A stretch of 64,000 bases of DNA from an uncultured Candidatus Saccharibacteria bacterium (GCA_964549935.1 CAZJVT010000001.1:283922-347921), one strand, 5' to 3'. Numbered from the stretch's first letter, positions 8,682-18,445 are shown. Numbers and translations are program-made. The notes: generated from the sequence alone by a model not told the origin.

Positions 8682-8757
8682 TCGTGGAATAAAACTTTCC
8701 TAAGTTTGTAATACTATTCATGGAACGAGCCCTCTGTCGTAAGCATCTTTTCTCCGC

Positions 8758-8970
8758 GTTGCAAAACCAGTTTCGCTTTTCTGCAAGGCGCGAGCGAAAG
8801 ACAATATGCGTGCATAGGCTTTCGCGAGTAACACAGTCAGAAAGCGAAAATGGTTGCAACCCGAAGGGATCTGACCACTTTTCGTTATCTCATTGTCGAA
8901 ACGTCCTCGAAGTAGCTGGAGCTACTCCTTGCGGCGTTTCTTCGCGAGCTAGCAAAAAGTGGTCGAGATC
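8758..8970. repeat. Two ~103-bp bulged palindromic elements, mutually inverted
   Basis: 8758-8860 (GTTGCAAAACCAGTTTCGCTTTTCTG...CAGAAAGCGAAAATGGTTGCAAC) and 8868-8970 (GATCTGACCACTTTT...AAAAAGTGGTCGAGATC). Confidence 0.7.
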
Positions 8971-8988
8971 GCGGGACAAAGTATGCTT

Positions 8989-9555
8989 ATGACAGAGGGC
9001 TTGACCGACGAGGCGATTGCTCAGCTCGTGCAAGGCGGTGATACAAACGCCTTCGCGGAGTTGGTGCGACGCTACGAGGCCAAAATGACACGCTACGCTC
9101 GGAAGTTTCTTTTTCAGGGCGAAGATATTCGCGATCTCGTCCAGGAGGTTTTTATTAAGGCGTACGTAAACATCCAGAGCTTTGACGTGAAACGCAGGTT
9201 CTCTCCTTGGCTCTACCGGATTGCTCACAACGAGTTTATTAACGCGGTTAAAAAGAAAACCAAGCTACCGACGTTTTCGTTTGATTTTGATGCCGTGCTT
9301 CCGCAGCTCGTAGCGAAGGAAACTGCCGAGTCAGCTATGGCGCAGTCAGAGGTAAAGAAGCTCCTGGACAGCTACCTGGATAAGCTGGACACGAAATATA
9401 AGGAGCCCCTGGTGTTGTATTATATTGAGGAGATGGACTATAAGGAGATCGCTGAAATCTTAAAATTGCCCGTCGCCACTGTCGGAGTGCGACTTAACCG
9501 CGGGAAGGCGATGCTGCGTAAGGTCGCCGGCGAACTTAAAGAAGCTTATGGATAA
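8989..9555 (+). CDS. ECF RNA polymerase sigma factor (SigW/SigE-like)
   Basis: Region 2 (AFAELVRRY...DLVQEVFIKAY...FSPWLYRIAHN) and region 4 (YKEIAEILKLPVATVGVRLNRG); start at 8983 or 8989. Confidence 0.92.
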   Translation: MTEGLTDEAIAQLVQGGDTNAFAELVRRYEAKMTRYARKFLFQGEDIRDLVQEVFIKAYVNIQSFDVKRRFSPWLYRIAHNEFINAVKKKTKLPTFSFDFDAVLPQLVAKETAESAMAQSEVKKLLDSYLDKLDTKYKEPLVLYYIEEMDYKEIAEILKLPVATVGVRLNRGKAMLRKVAGELKEAYG

Positions 9556-10249
9556 TCACGAACAGAAACAATCGGTGTGTGAAGACGTCCTTGCGACTAT
9601 CAAGCAAGGCAAAGTAACCATGCGTCCGCGCTGGCAATTTGTGCTATTCGGCGTTTTGTTTGTCGTGGGCGGCATTATGATCGCTCTCACGCTTTTATAC
9701 CTCGTGAGCTTTATCATCTTTATTTTGCGACAGACGGGGGTCGGTTCGGTTACGTCGTTTGGCCCGCGCGGTTGGTATACCTTTATGGTTTCGTTGCCGT
9801 GGATGCTCATCGGCTTTGCGGCGCTGTTTATGATTATTTTAGAGGTGCTGGTACGTCGCTATGCATTCGCATATCGTCGACCGCTTGTCTACTCAGTTGT
9901 CACTATCATGGGAGTTGTCGTTGCCGGTGGATTTTTTGTGGCCGCGACGCCGCTGCATCACAGCTTATTTATTTCTGCGCAGCAGCACCATTTCCCGCTA
10001 GGTGAGCCGCTGTATCGTCACTTTGGCGAACAGGAGTTTAGTAACATTATTCGCGGTCGGGTAATTGCGACAACGACGGAGGGTTTTATCGTGAATAACC
10101 GCATGGGCATGCCACTTCAGATTTTTGTCGCCAGCACAACTCAATTGCCGTATGGTCACGAGTTTATGCCCGGTCAGATGGTGGTGATTTTTGGCGATCG
10201 TTCCAGTACGACAGTTCAGGCGATTGGCGTTCGTACGATTGGCGAATGA
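9548..10249 (+). CDS. Membrane protein, putative anti-sigma factor
   Basis: Overlaps the sigma stop; 3 TM helices plus an extracellular domain. Confidence 0.6.
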   Translation: MDNHEQKQSVCEDVLATIKQGKVTMRPRWQFVLFGVLFVVGGIMIALTLLYLVSFIIFILRQTGVGSVTSFGPRGWYTFMVSLPWMLIGFAALFMIILEVLVRRYAFAYRRPLVYSVVTIMGVVVAGGFFVAATPLHHSLFISAQQHHFPLGEPLYRHFGEQEFSNIIRGRVIATTTEGFIVNNRMGMPLQIFVASTTQLPYGHEFMPGQMVVIFGDRSSTTVQAIGVRTIGE

Positions 10250-10275
10250 AACAAAAGAAGCGTAGAGTTGTAGTA
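10247..10275 (+). promoter_or_regulatory. Putative ECF promoter
   Basis: TGAAAC-16 bp-TGTAGTA; the same motif recurs at 8685, 17424 and 33279. Confidence 0.6.
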
Positions 10276-10303
10276 GTAAGTAATCAATTTTAACGCTTAT
10301 CGT

Positions 10304-11968
10304 ATGAAAACCCTCTGGCAGAAAGCTATGCGGCGAAAGGGGCTGACGTTTGTGCTTTTAATTATCGTGCTTATCGTCGGTTATTATGTTTACAAAAAGC
10401 AGACTGCGGTGCCCACCGAAACTCGCTATGTACTTTCATCGGTAGCAAAGGGCACCGTCGTTGCTTCAGTTTCCGGCACCGGACAGGTTTCGGTGTCTAA
10501 TCAGGTTGACGTCAAAGCCAAAGCCTCCGGTGACGTTGTATCTATTCCGGCGGCGCAAGGGCAGATGGTGTACGCCGGACAGCTACTCGCGCAGCTTGAT
10601 GCGACTGACGCCCAAAAGTCTGTGCGTGATGCGCAGGTTAATCTTGAGTCCGCGCAGCTCTCGCTGGATAAGGCCAAACAGTCGAGCGCCGATATAACCA
10701 GCATCGTGCAGAGCAGTTTCGCTACCATCTCAAACGCATTTTTAGATTTTCCGACGATTACGACAGGAGCAAACGATATTATTTTGGGCAACACAATGAA
10801 TCCTCGGACACAAGATAACGCTTCGTACTACAAAGACGTCGTCGGTCAGCTTGATTACCAGAATTATTTAAAAATCTCCTCGTTTGTTACCGCGGCGACG
10901 AATGATTTTAACGCTGCGCAGGATTCCTACGACGACGCGTTAGTTACTTACAAAAACACTGACCGTACCGCCGATGCAGCCGGCGTGCAGGTTTTGCTTA
11001 CTAAGGCGCTGGCTACTGCACAAAATCTCGCTCAAGCACTCAAGAGCGAGCAGAACTTATTGGATTATTTGACTGACTATGTTGCAACCTATAACAAGCC
11101 CTCACTGCCTACGCTCGTTACGACGTATAAGAACAATATCCGTACCTACCTCGGACAAATTAATACGCACCTCTCGAATCTGACGACGGCAAGCAGTAAT
11201 ATCAAAAACGCACCGCTCGATTTGCAGACACAGGAACTTTCGCTGAAGCAGCGCGAGAACTCTTTGCTGGATGCCAAAGAAACGCTTGCGAATTCATCTA
11301 TCCGCGCGCCTTTTAGCGGCGTGCTCGCGAAGTTAAACGTTAAACGAGGGGATTCTATCTCCTCCGGCTTTGTTGTTGGGACCGTTATTACACCGCAGAA
11401 GATTGCACAAATTACTTTGAACGAAGTTGATATCGCCAAGGTTACGATTGGACAGAAGGCGACACTGACCTTTGATGCGGCTCCGGATATTACGATTACC
11501 GGATCGGTAACGCAGATTGATACCATCGGTACAGTTTCGCAGGGAGTTGTGACCTACAGTGTCACTATCACTTTTGATACCCAGGACGACCGCGTCCGCC
11601 CGGGAATGAGTGTATCAGCCGCAATTATTACCGCCACAAAAACCGACGTACTGGTCGTGCCAAATGCTGCTGTTAAAACCCAGGGCGGGACGAGCTACGT
11701 TGAGATGCTTGAGGCTTACCAGGGCAGCGCCTCTAGTACTGCGTTTAGCAATCAGGGTGTAACTTCGGCAGTTGCCCCGGTTCGTCAGACCGTTACAGCC
11801 GGATTAGCCAGCGATGCGCTCACGGAAATTACGAATGGACTTAAGGAGGGTGATGTTATCGTCAGTCGTACAATTACCGCAGCTGCTGCTACTGCGCAGA
11901 CGACGGGAACTTCCGCTTTCCGCTTGCCGGGTGTCGGTGGAGCGACGCGTAGCGCGACTGGACGTTAA
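10304..11968 (+). CDS. Efflux periplasmic adaptor / membrane fusion protein (MacA-like) with long coiled coil
   Basis: N-terminal TM, lipoyl half-motifs (VYAGQLLAQLD, IRAPFSGV), RPGMSV. Confidence 0.88.
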   Translation: MKTLWQKAMRRKGLTFVLLIIVLIVGYYVYKKQTAVPTETRYVLSSVAKGTVVASVSGTGQVSVSNQVDVKAKASGDVVSIPAAQGQMVYAGQLLAQLDATDAQKSVRDAQVNLESAQLSLDKAKQSSADITSIVQSSFATISNAFLDFPTITTGANDIILGNTMNPRTQDNASYYKDVVGQLDYQNYLKISSFVTAATNDFNAAQDSYDDALVTYKNTDRTADAAGVQVLLTKALATAQNLAQALKSEQNLLDYLTDYVATYNKPSLPTLVTTYKNNIRTYLGQINTHLSNLTTASSNIKNAPLDLQTQELSLKQRENSLLDAKETLANSSIRAPFSGVLAKLNVKRGDSISSGFVVGTVITPQKIAQITLNEVDIAKVTIGQKATLTFDAAPDITITGSVTQIDTIGTVSQGVVTYSVTITFDTQDDRVRPGMSVSAAIITATKTDVLVVPNAAVKTQGGTSYVEMLEAYQGSASSTAFSNQGVTSAVAPVRQTVTAGLASDALTEITNGLKEGDVIVSRTITAAAATAQTTGTSAFRLPGVGGATRSATGR

Positions 11969-12077
11969 GCCTTTGCAGCGAAACTATGGAATACCGTCTC
12001 ACTAGTATGAATACATACGTCGTTCGCGGTATGCGCAATTTTAAAAATTTTATAAAATTCGTTTGGTTTAAAATGGC

Positions 12078-12800
12078 ATGATCGAATGTAAAGATCTCGT
12101 AAAAACATATATAAACGGTGACGTTGAGACAAAAGTGCTCAAGGGTGTTTCGTTTGGTATCAAAGAAGGCGAGTTCGTCGCCATTATGGGCCCCTCCGGC
12201 AGCGGTAAGTCTACGCTGATGCACATTCTCGGTGCGCTTGATACGCCGACCTCCGGTACGTATAAGCTCGATACACACGACGTCTCCAAGCTTTCTGATG
12301 ATGAGCTCGCGGACATTCGTCGTAAGAAAATTGGATTCGTTTTCCAGTCGTTTAATTTACTCTCGCGTTCGACGGTGCTTCGAAATGTGATGCTGCCGCT
12401 TGTATACGCCGGGGTTACTAAAGAGGCGAGACTGCCGCTTGCACAGCATGCGCTAGCTTCTGCAGGTTTAGACAAAGATCGCTGGTCACACCTATCGAAT
12501 CAGCTCTCCGGTGGTCAGATGCAGCGCGTGGCTATCGCTCGGGCACTGGTTAATAATCCGAGCATTATTTTGGCCGACGAACCGACCGGCAACTTAGATA
12601 CCCAGACGGGTGAGATTGTGCTTGGTACCTTCCAGCGTTTGAATAAAGATGAGAAGCACACGATTATTTTGATTACGCATGAACGCTACGTCGCCGAACA
12701 CGCGGACCGAATCATCACTATCCAGGACGGCAAAATTTTAGAAGACGCGCCAAACAAACATAAGCGCACCGTCGACGCTCATAAAACTTTCACCGTATGA
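12078..12800 (+). CDS. MacB/LolD-like ABC ATP-binding protein
   Basis: [32 protein letters not shown]. Confidence 0.92.
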   Translation: MIECKDLVKTYINGDVETKVLKGVSFGIKEGEFVAIMGPSGSGKSTLMHILGALDTPTSGTYKLDTHDVSKLSDDELADIRRKKIGFVFQSFNLLSRSTVLRNVMLPLVYAGVTKEARLPLAQHALASAGLDKDRWSHLSNQLSGGQMQRVAIARALVNNPSIILADEPTGNLDTQTGEIVLGTFQRLNKDEKHTIILITHERYVAEHADRIITIQDGKILEDAPNKHKRTVDAHKTFTV

Positions 12801-14023
12801 TTATTACCGACCTGCTCGAGGAGACATACGCTTCACTAACGTCCAATAAAGTTCGTACCGGCCTCACGATGCTCGGTATTATTATCGGTATTGGTTCAGT
12901 CATCGCGATGATTTCAGTCGGACAAGGAGCGCAGAGCTCTATTCAATCAAGCATTCAGTCAATCGGTTCTAATTTGCTGCTTGTGATGCCGGGTGCGCAG
13001 CGTGGTGCCGGCGTGCAGATCTCCTCCGGTCGTGGCAGTGCCCAGACGCTTACCCAGGCGGACTCAGATGCAATTGCCGCGCAGGTCACCCTCGCTAAGG
13101 CGGTCGCGCCGGAGATCTCCCGTCGTTACCAGGTTACGGCGCGGGGCACTAATACTAATACGCAAATTGTCGGTACTGTTTCCAGCTATCCGGAGGTGCG
13201 CAACATTTCGGTTGATATCGGTTCGTTTATTACCGATCAGCACGTGCGGAGTCTTTCGAAGGTCGCCGTTATTGGTCCGACGACACGGGACGATTTATTT
13301 GGCGTAGATGCAGGTGACGTAACTGGGCAGACGATTCGCATTAACAAAGTTGATTTTAAGATTATCGGCATTACTAAAGCCAAAGGTGGCAGCGGCTTTG
13401 GCAGTCAGGACGATATGATTTTTGTACCGCTTTCAACCGCCCAGCGCTTTTTGGCAGGGGACACGTACGTTACGACTATTAGTATCTCCGCGGAGAGCGC
13501 GGAGGTGATGAGTGATATCCAGCAGCAGGTAACGACGTTACTGCTTGAACGACACAAGATTGCTAATCCGCAGATGGCGGACTTTAACGTGCTTAACCAG
13601 ACGGACATTGTCGCAACAGCCTCTTCGGTGACGGGCACATTTACTATCTTGCTTGGTGCGATTGCCGGCATTTCACTGCTGGTCGGCGGTATTGGAATTA
13701 TGAATATGATGCTCACGACCGTAACAGAGCGCACGCGTGAAATCGGTTTACGCAAGGCGATTGGAGCCAAACGCAAAGACATTAGTACACAGTTCCTAGT
13801 TGAGTCGGTGATGCTTACGTTTATTGGGGGCGTATTAGGGCTGGCTTTAGGTTGGCTCATCGCTCTCGCAGTTACACAGTTTGCCGGCATCGCTACGACG
13901 GTTTCTACTTCTTCAGTGCTGTTGGCCTTTGGCGTCTCGGCCGGCATCGGTATTATTTTCGGTTACTACCCCGCCAGGAGGGCGGCGTCATTAAACCCTA
14001 TCGAGGCATTACGTTATGAGTAA
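12797..14023 (+). CDS. MacB-like ABC permease
   Basis: LTMLGIIIGI, GGIGIMNMML, ERTREIGLRKAIGA, PARRAASLNPIEALRYE. Confidence 0.92.
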   Translation: MIITDLLEETYASLTSNKVRTGLTMLGIIIGIGSVIAMISVGQGAQSSIQSSIQSIGSNLLLVMPGAQRGAGVQISSGRGSAQTLTQADSDAIAAQVTLAKAVAPEISRRYQVTARGTNTNTQIVGTVSSYPEVRNISVDIGSFITDQHVRSLSKVAVIGPTTRDDLFGVDAGDVTGQTIRINKVDFKIIGITKAKGGSGFGSQDDMIFVPLSTAQRFLAGDTYVTTISISAESAEVMSDIQQQVTTLLLERHKIANPQMADFNVLNQTDIVATASSVTGTFTILLGAIAGISLLVGGIGIMNMMLTTVTERTREIGLRKAIGAKRKDISTQFLVESVMLTFIGGVLGLALGWLIALAVTQFAGIATTVSTSSVLLAFGVSAGIGIIFGYYPARRAASLNPIEALRYE

Positions 14024-14054
14024 AAATATCGTTTTGCGGGTCAAGGCGGGCAAG

Positions 14055-14108
14055 CCTGCGCACCGCGCCGCTTCGCTTAACCCAATCGAGGCGCTGCGGT
14101 ACGAGTAG
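14055..14108 (+). pseudogene. Orphan duplicate of the permease 3' end
   Basis: Encodes PAHRAASLNPIEALRYE* with mostly synonymous differences from 13970-14023. Confidence 0.75.
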
Positions 14109-14143
14109 TAATACATTAACAGTAATTTTGTAATACGTTATAT

Positions 14144-14566
14144 ATGAAAAATAAAACCTTGCAGTTAGTTGGCGCGGGTATTATCGGGCTCATCATCGGC
14201 TTTTTAGTCGGTTCACATTCCGGAGGCAGCACGCCGCTTGCTGTAACTAACCAGCGGGTCGCCGGACAGTTCGGTCAGGCGGGTGGTATGGGTGGGCGTA
14301 TTCGCGGCGAGGCAAACGGAGGTTTTGTGACCGGCGAGATTTTGAGTAAGGATGCAACGAGCATTACCGTGAAGTCGCAAGACGGCGGTTCAAAGATTGT
14401 GCTACTGGCCGGCTCAACAAACGTCGTGAAGTCAGTTTCGGGATCTCTAGTTGACCTGAAAGTAGGCGATCGGGTGGTGGCAAACGGCACGCTTAATTCG
14501 GATGGCAGTATTACCGCGCAAATGATACAATTGCGAACGGATACAGGAGTTCCTGTCATTCGCTAA
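14144..14566 (+). CDS. Membrane-anchored protein with OB-fold-like (DUF5666-like) domain
   Basis: N-terminal TM, Gly-rich linker, GEILSKDATSITV...DLKVGDRVVANG...DGSITA. Confidence 0.65.
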   Translation: MKNKTLQLVGAGIIGLIIGFLVGSHSGGSTPLAVTNQRVAGQFGQAGGMGGRIRGEANGGFVTGEILSKDATSITVKSQDGGSKIVLLAGSTNVVKSVSGSLVDLKVGDRVVANGTLNSDGSITAQMIQLRTDTGVPVIR

Positions 14567-14584
14567 TTATTAATTCACTTTCGT

Positions 14585-15043
14585 ATGAAAAAAGCTGTTC
14601 TGTGGGTGGTTATCATTGTTATCGCTGTATTTGCTATTAGTTACTTAGTTCGTTCGCCGGAGATCTCGACTACCGAACCGGGTACAGAGACCGCCTCGAG
14701 TACGCCAGCAGTAGTGACCGAAGAGAAGCCGATTGTAGATGTTTCCGTAGGTGTTACTGCTTCTACGAATGTTAAAGAGTTTACGGTAACCGGTAAAAAC
14801 TTCTCGTTTGCTCCAAGCACGCTGACGGTTAAAAAAGGCGACACGGTTAAAATCACGTTTGTTAATTCCGCTGGGTTTCACGACTTCAAGATCGATGAGT
14901 TTAAGGTGGCGACGGCCCGAATCGGCAGCGGTAAGCAGGAGACGATCAGCTTTGTTGCCGACAAAGCGGGAAGCTTTGAGTACTACTGCTCGGTTGGTGA
15001 TCACCGCGCGATGGGTATGAAGGGCGCGCTGATTGTACAGTAG
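14585..15043 (+). CDS. Cupredoxin (plastocyanin-like) domain protein
   Basis: H(DF) plus YYCSVGDHRAMGM type-1 Cu ligands; N-terminal TM. Confidence 0.88.
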   Translation: MKKAVLWVVIIVIAVFAISYLVRSPEISTTEPGTETASSTPAVVTEEKPIVDVSVGVTASTNVKEFTVTGKNFSFAPSTLTVKKGDTVKITFVNSAGFHDFKIDEFKVATARIGSGKQETISFVADKAGSFEYYCSVGDHRAMGMKGALIVQ

Positions 15044-15065
15044 CACCCGTTCATACGAACTCCGT

Positions 15066-15794
15066 ATGGCACTGCAAATCGCGGCTTCGCCGCACAAAGA
15101 AGCAATTGTTTGTATCCCCGGACTTGGGGGGCATAAGAGCGCCTTCGAAGGCTATGCGGAGTTATTTCCCGGGCACTCGTTCTATTATTTAGAAGTTCGT
15201 AATTGGCGAGAGGCGCTCGATGAGTTGCGCAAGATTGTTGCGAAGGAGGGCCAGGTGACATTGTTTTGCCACTGCTATGGCACGCAACTCGGTCTGCGTC
15301 TGATTGACGAGGCGCCAGAGGCGGTTTCCCGGATCATACTGCTGGAGCCTTTCTTTTCGCAATTTCATCACTGGCGCTATCCAGCGCGACTGGTTAACAC
15401 GTTGCTTGTTATCGTGCTGACCATTATGCACTGGGTTGGCTTTCGTCGGAATAAGTTTCCGTATCGTCACCGCATCAACTACAAAAAATTAGCGCACTAC
15501 CCCGTTGTGATTCAGCCGCTTTTTGATATGCGATGGCAGAGTCTCAAAGACTACTTCGGCAAGACAAACGATTTGCTTTGGTTTAATTTGCCTTCGCGGG
15601 TCGACGCGCCGACGCTGTTCGTCCTTTCTTCAAACGGTTACTTTAAGAATAAACGGCATCGTAAGAGCGTTTTCAAGATTTTCAAGAATGCGCAGCTGGC
15701 TGAAGTCCAAGCAGAGAGCCATAATATGATTTCTATCGCCCCGGCAAAGGTTGCAAGCGTGATTGGTACGTGGTTTGCAGCAGGAGTATTATAA
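15066..15794 (+). CDS. Alpha/beta hydrolase fold protein
   Basis: IPGLGG oxyanion loop, CHCYG at the nucleophile elbow, C-terminal SHNM. Confidence 0.75.
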   Translation: MALQIAASPHKEAIVCIPGLGGHKSAFEGYAELFPGHSFYYLEVRNWREALDELRKIVAKEGQVTLFCHCYGTQLGLRLIDEAPEAVSRIILLEPFFSQFHHWRYPARLVNTLLVIVLTIMHWVGFRRNKFPYRHRINYKKLAHYPVVIQPLFDMRWQSLKDYFGKTNDLLWFNLPSRVDAPTLFVLSSNGYFKNKRHRKSVFKIFKNAQLAEVQAESHNMISIAPAKVASVIGTWFAAGVL

Positions 15795-15808
15795 CTAGTA
15801 ACAAACCT

Positions 15809-16342
15809 ATGAACATTCACCCAATTCTTGTCCATTTTCCGATCGCAATTTTGACTATATATGCTCTTTTAGAGCTAGCTCGTTTTAAGAAGCTCCAGCA
15901 GGCAGTCTGGTATTGGTATACCAAAGCCTTTATGGCGATTGTCGGCACCGTCGCTTCTTATGCCGCTTTCGCGAGTGGGGATGAGGAGGGAGGCCGAGCG
16001 ATCACTGACCCACTTACGAAGCAGGCGTTTCATTTGCACGAAAACTGGGCCACGATTACTCTCGTTATTTTCTCGGTCATTTTGTTTTACCATCTCGTAA
16101 CCGTTTTATCGCGCAATCAGGCGGTCGTAGTCTGGTTCGCCAAAGCCTCGTGGAGCCGCTCTCTCTGGCAGCTGCTTGCCGGGCTTAGTTCGTTTATCGG
16201 TAATCCGATTGTCATCCTGCTGCTCGCGCTGGCCGGTCTTGTGAGTATCACGATCACCGGCGGACTCGGCGGCTCGCTTGTGTACGGTCAAAATGCCGAT
16301 CCCGTTGTGTCGCTTATCTACAAGTTATTTCTCGGTCAGTAG
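15809..16342 (+). CDS. Membrane protein (DUF2231-like)
   Basis: HPILVHFPIA motif, four TMs, GGSLVYG. Confidence 0.7.
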   Translation: MNIHPILVHFPIAILTIYALLELARFKKLQQAVWYWYTKAFMAIVGTVASYAAFASGDEEGGRAITDPLTKQAFHLHENWATITLVIFSVILFYHLVTVLSRNQAVVVWFAKASWSRSLWQLLAGLSSFIGNPIVILLLALAGLVSITITGGLGGSLVYGQNADPVVSLIYKLFLGQ

Positions 16343-16570
16343 TTTGAGCTTAGCGGTTCTGGAGAGTTGCTTTATTTTTGCCTCGCGCGAAAGCGCTGCG
16401 CCTTTGGTGCGGAGTTTTTGCGTATAGACAATTGCTTTTGGCGGATGTGAGCGGGTATAGCGTGCACCAAGCCCTTTTTTGTGCGCAGCAAAACGCTTGG
16501 TAACGTCGTTGGTGCTGCCGGTATACAAACTGCCGCCCTGGCAACGGAGGATATAGACGAAATAGGGCAT
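16325..16570 (-). CDS. GIY-YIG nuclease family protein (UPF0213-like)
   Basis: FVYILRC...LYTGSTND...RF..H...GARYT...ALSREAKIK. Confidence 0.88.
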   Translation of the reverse strand: MPYFVYILRCQGGSLYTGSTNDVTKRFAAHKKGLGARYTRSHPPKAIVYTQKLRTKGAALSREAKIKQLSRTAKLKLLTEK

Positions 16571-17118
16571 TAGGCCTCAAGATGGTGCTCCTTGCCTTTT
16601 CGATTCAGAAGCAGAATGGTCGCTAGAATCGACAGTATCCATCCGATACTTACCATGAGTCCGAGCGAGTTGATTCTTTTCTGGACCTCGCGGAGTGATC
16701 GGCCGACAACAACGACACCGTCTTTGTAGCTGTGTGCTACTGCGGCGATGCGAACGTCCGGCGCCGGCTGCCAGGTGAATATATTTTCATTGTTCGCCTT
16801 TGTGTAGACGAAAGAGCTTTCCGGCAAACTCGGAATCTTACCCGCAAGCTGCCCTGTAGAAAAGATCGGAGTGTTAGTCGCATTATAGATGATGACGAAT
16901 TGGGCAAGGCTCGTCTGCATCGGGATGAGCGTGGAAATATCAGGCTGCTGGGGCTTACCGCCTAAATCCATTTTTGCCGCCGTGTCTTCGGCTACTTGAA
17001 TTTGAGGGTCGTTGGCGGCCTGTCGGTATGTCTGCTGCACCGTTGCATAAAGTGTGCCGAAAATGACGGTAACCAGCGCGAGTGCGCTTACTGTTCGCGT
17101 AAGGGAGGATTTTTTCAT
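16570..17118 (-). CDS. Hypothetical membrane protein with extracellular sensor-like domain
   Basis: TM-soluble domain-TM architecture; leaderless start (TACAAT just upstream). Confidence 0.7.
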   Translation of the reverse strand: MKKSSLTRTVSALALVTVIFGTLYATVQQTYRQAANDPQIQVAEDTAAKMDLGGKPQQPDISTLIPMQTSLAQFVIIYNATNTPIFSTGQLAGKIPSLPESSFVYTKANNENIFTWQPAPDVRIAAVAHSYKDGVVVVGRSLREVQKRINSLGLMVSIGWILSILATILLLNRKGKEHHLEA

Positions 17119-17178
17119 ATAGACTTATTGTAACAGATATTCTTTGGCGGCAAAGCCTTAGCGGGGTATACTAAGCGT

Positions 17179-17445
17179 ATGCTTTGGCAGGATTATGTTT
17201 TAACAATCGGGTCCCTGGTTTTCTCCGTCGCGCTTGTTCCGGCGGTGATGGCGAAGGAGAAACCGCCGCTTTCGACGAGCGTGCCGACTTTTTTCTTTTT
17301 GTATCTTTTTGCCTTCGTCTACGCAACACTGTCGCTTTGGCTAAGCGCAGGCTCGGCGCTTTTGACGGGCAGCTTATGGCTCACGCTCGCTATTCAAAAA
17401 TATATACAGCAGCGTAAGCGAACTGAAATAAACCCGTCTTTATAA
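17179..17445 (+). CDS. Small 3-TM membrane protein
   Basis: Hydrophobic 88 aa; TATACT 6 nt before the ATG. Confidence 0.65.
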   Translation: MLWQDYVLTIGSLVFSVALVPAVMAKEKPPLSTSVPTFFFLYLFAFVYATLSLWLSAGSALLTGSLWLTLAIQKYIQQRKRTEINPSL

Positions 17446-17477
17446 TGTAGTAATCAGTAACAATTAATTAATCTTTT

Positions 17478-17873
17478 ATGGAAAATCATAAATGCAGTGA
17501 GGGGCGGGCCTGTATGAGCTGTCCGCAGGGTGGAGTGTGTGAGGGGCGATGCGGCTGCGCCTGCCAGAATGGCGCTGGTTGCGGGGGTATGTGGGGTGGT
17601 CACAAGTTTCACATTCTCCGTTTCTTAATCGCGCTTATCATTGTTGGTTTCGTCTTCTCGTTTGGTGTGCATATCGGCGAGCTCAAGGGTGCGTTTGGTA
17701 TGGGCGGCGGGATGTATGGTCGCCACAGTCGGATGTACGGTGGCAACCAGTTCTACTCTGACGGTAACTTTATGATGAGTGCCCCGCAAGGTACAACCTT
17801 CCGGATGGGCGTAATGCCGATTCAAGGCGGAACGATAACTCCTTCTGTTCCGGGTGCGCCAAGTAATAAATAG
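17478..17873 (+). CDS. Hypothetical membrane protein, Cys-rich N-terminus and Gly/Met-rich C-terminus
   Basis: One TM; preceded by the ECF-type motif at 17424-17452; followed by a terminator. Confidence 0.65.
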   Translation: MENHKCSEGRACMSCPQGGVCEGRCGCACQNGAGCGGMWGGHKFHILRFLIALIIVGFVFSFGVHIGELKGAFGMGGGMYGRHSRMYGGNQFYSDGNFMMSAPQGTTFRMGVMPIQGGTITPSVPGAPSNK

Positions 17874-17878
17874 TTCTC

Positions 17879-17912
17879 AAACATAAAACCGCCGTACGGC
17901 GGTTTTATGTTT
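17879..17912. terminator. Bidirectional terminator
   Basis: AAACATAAAACCGCC-GTAC-GGCGGTTTTATGTTT between convergent genes. Confidence 0.9.
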
Positions 17913-17918
17913 TACAGC

Positions 17919-18383
17919 TTATTTTGCGAAAGCTGACTTGAAGAACTCCATTTGCGCAGGCGTTACGCTCCCGCCGGTTGCCCACATCGCAAAGGCGTTA
18001 GCGGCCGTTGAGCGGACGCCGACAGATTCTTTGATAACAGGCAGCGGGTTAAAGACCGCGAGCAGTTCCTGGTCCGAGTAGTTGCCGATAACGAACTCGC
18101 CGACGCCGTGGAAGAGTGCATAAGGCAACAGGGCGCTGCTGATGCCGGTGCGGACATAAATAGTCGGGTGGGCCTTCAGAGCCTCCTGTCCGGCCTCCGG
18201 CTTAAACTCATTGCGATAGCAGGACCAGACCGGGTCGTAGCCGTCAGGCTGACCGCAGTCATTATTGATGTTGTTGGAAACTTTGAGCTCCAAAGCCTTA
18301 AAGTCTAAGGCTAGGGCTGACTGGGCGGTTAAAAGAAGCGTGGCGGCAACCGTTACAGCCGCAAGTGTTTTGGTGTATTTCAT
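17919..18383 (-). CDS. Secreted hypothetical protein
   Basis: Signal peptide ending ALA; leaderless start. Confidence 0.7.
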   Translation of the reverse strand: MKYTKTLAAVTVAATLLLTAQSALALDFKALELKVSNNINNDCGQPDGYDPVWSCYRNEFKPEAGQEALKAHPTIYVRTGISSALLPYALFHGVGEFVIGNYSDQELLAVFNPLPVIKESVGVRSTAANAFAMWATGGSVTPAQMEFFKSAFAK

Positions 18384-18445
18384 AGTTTCATTTTAAGTCA
18401 CTTTTCGTAACCGGGCAACCGGTCTTTGTGCTATGCTCTCCTTAT

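Noticed and set aside
16325-16570. First GIY-YIG gene as a mobile element
   Set aside because: No flanking inverted repeats or duplication; it overlaps both neighbours like an ordinary gene.
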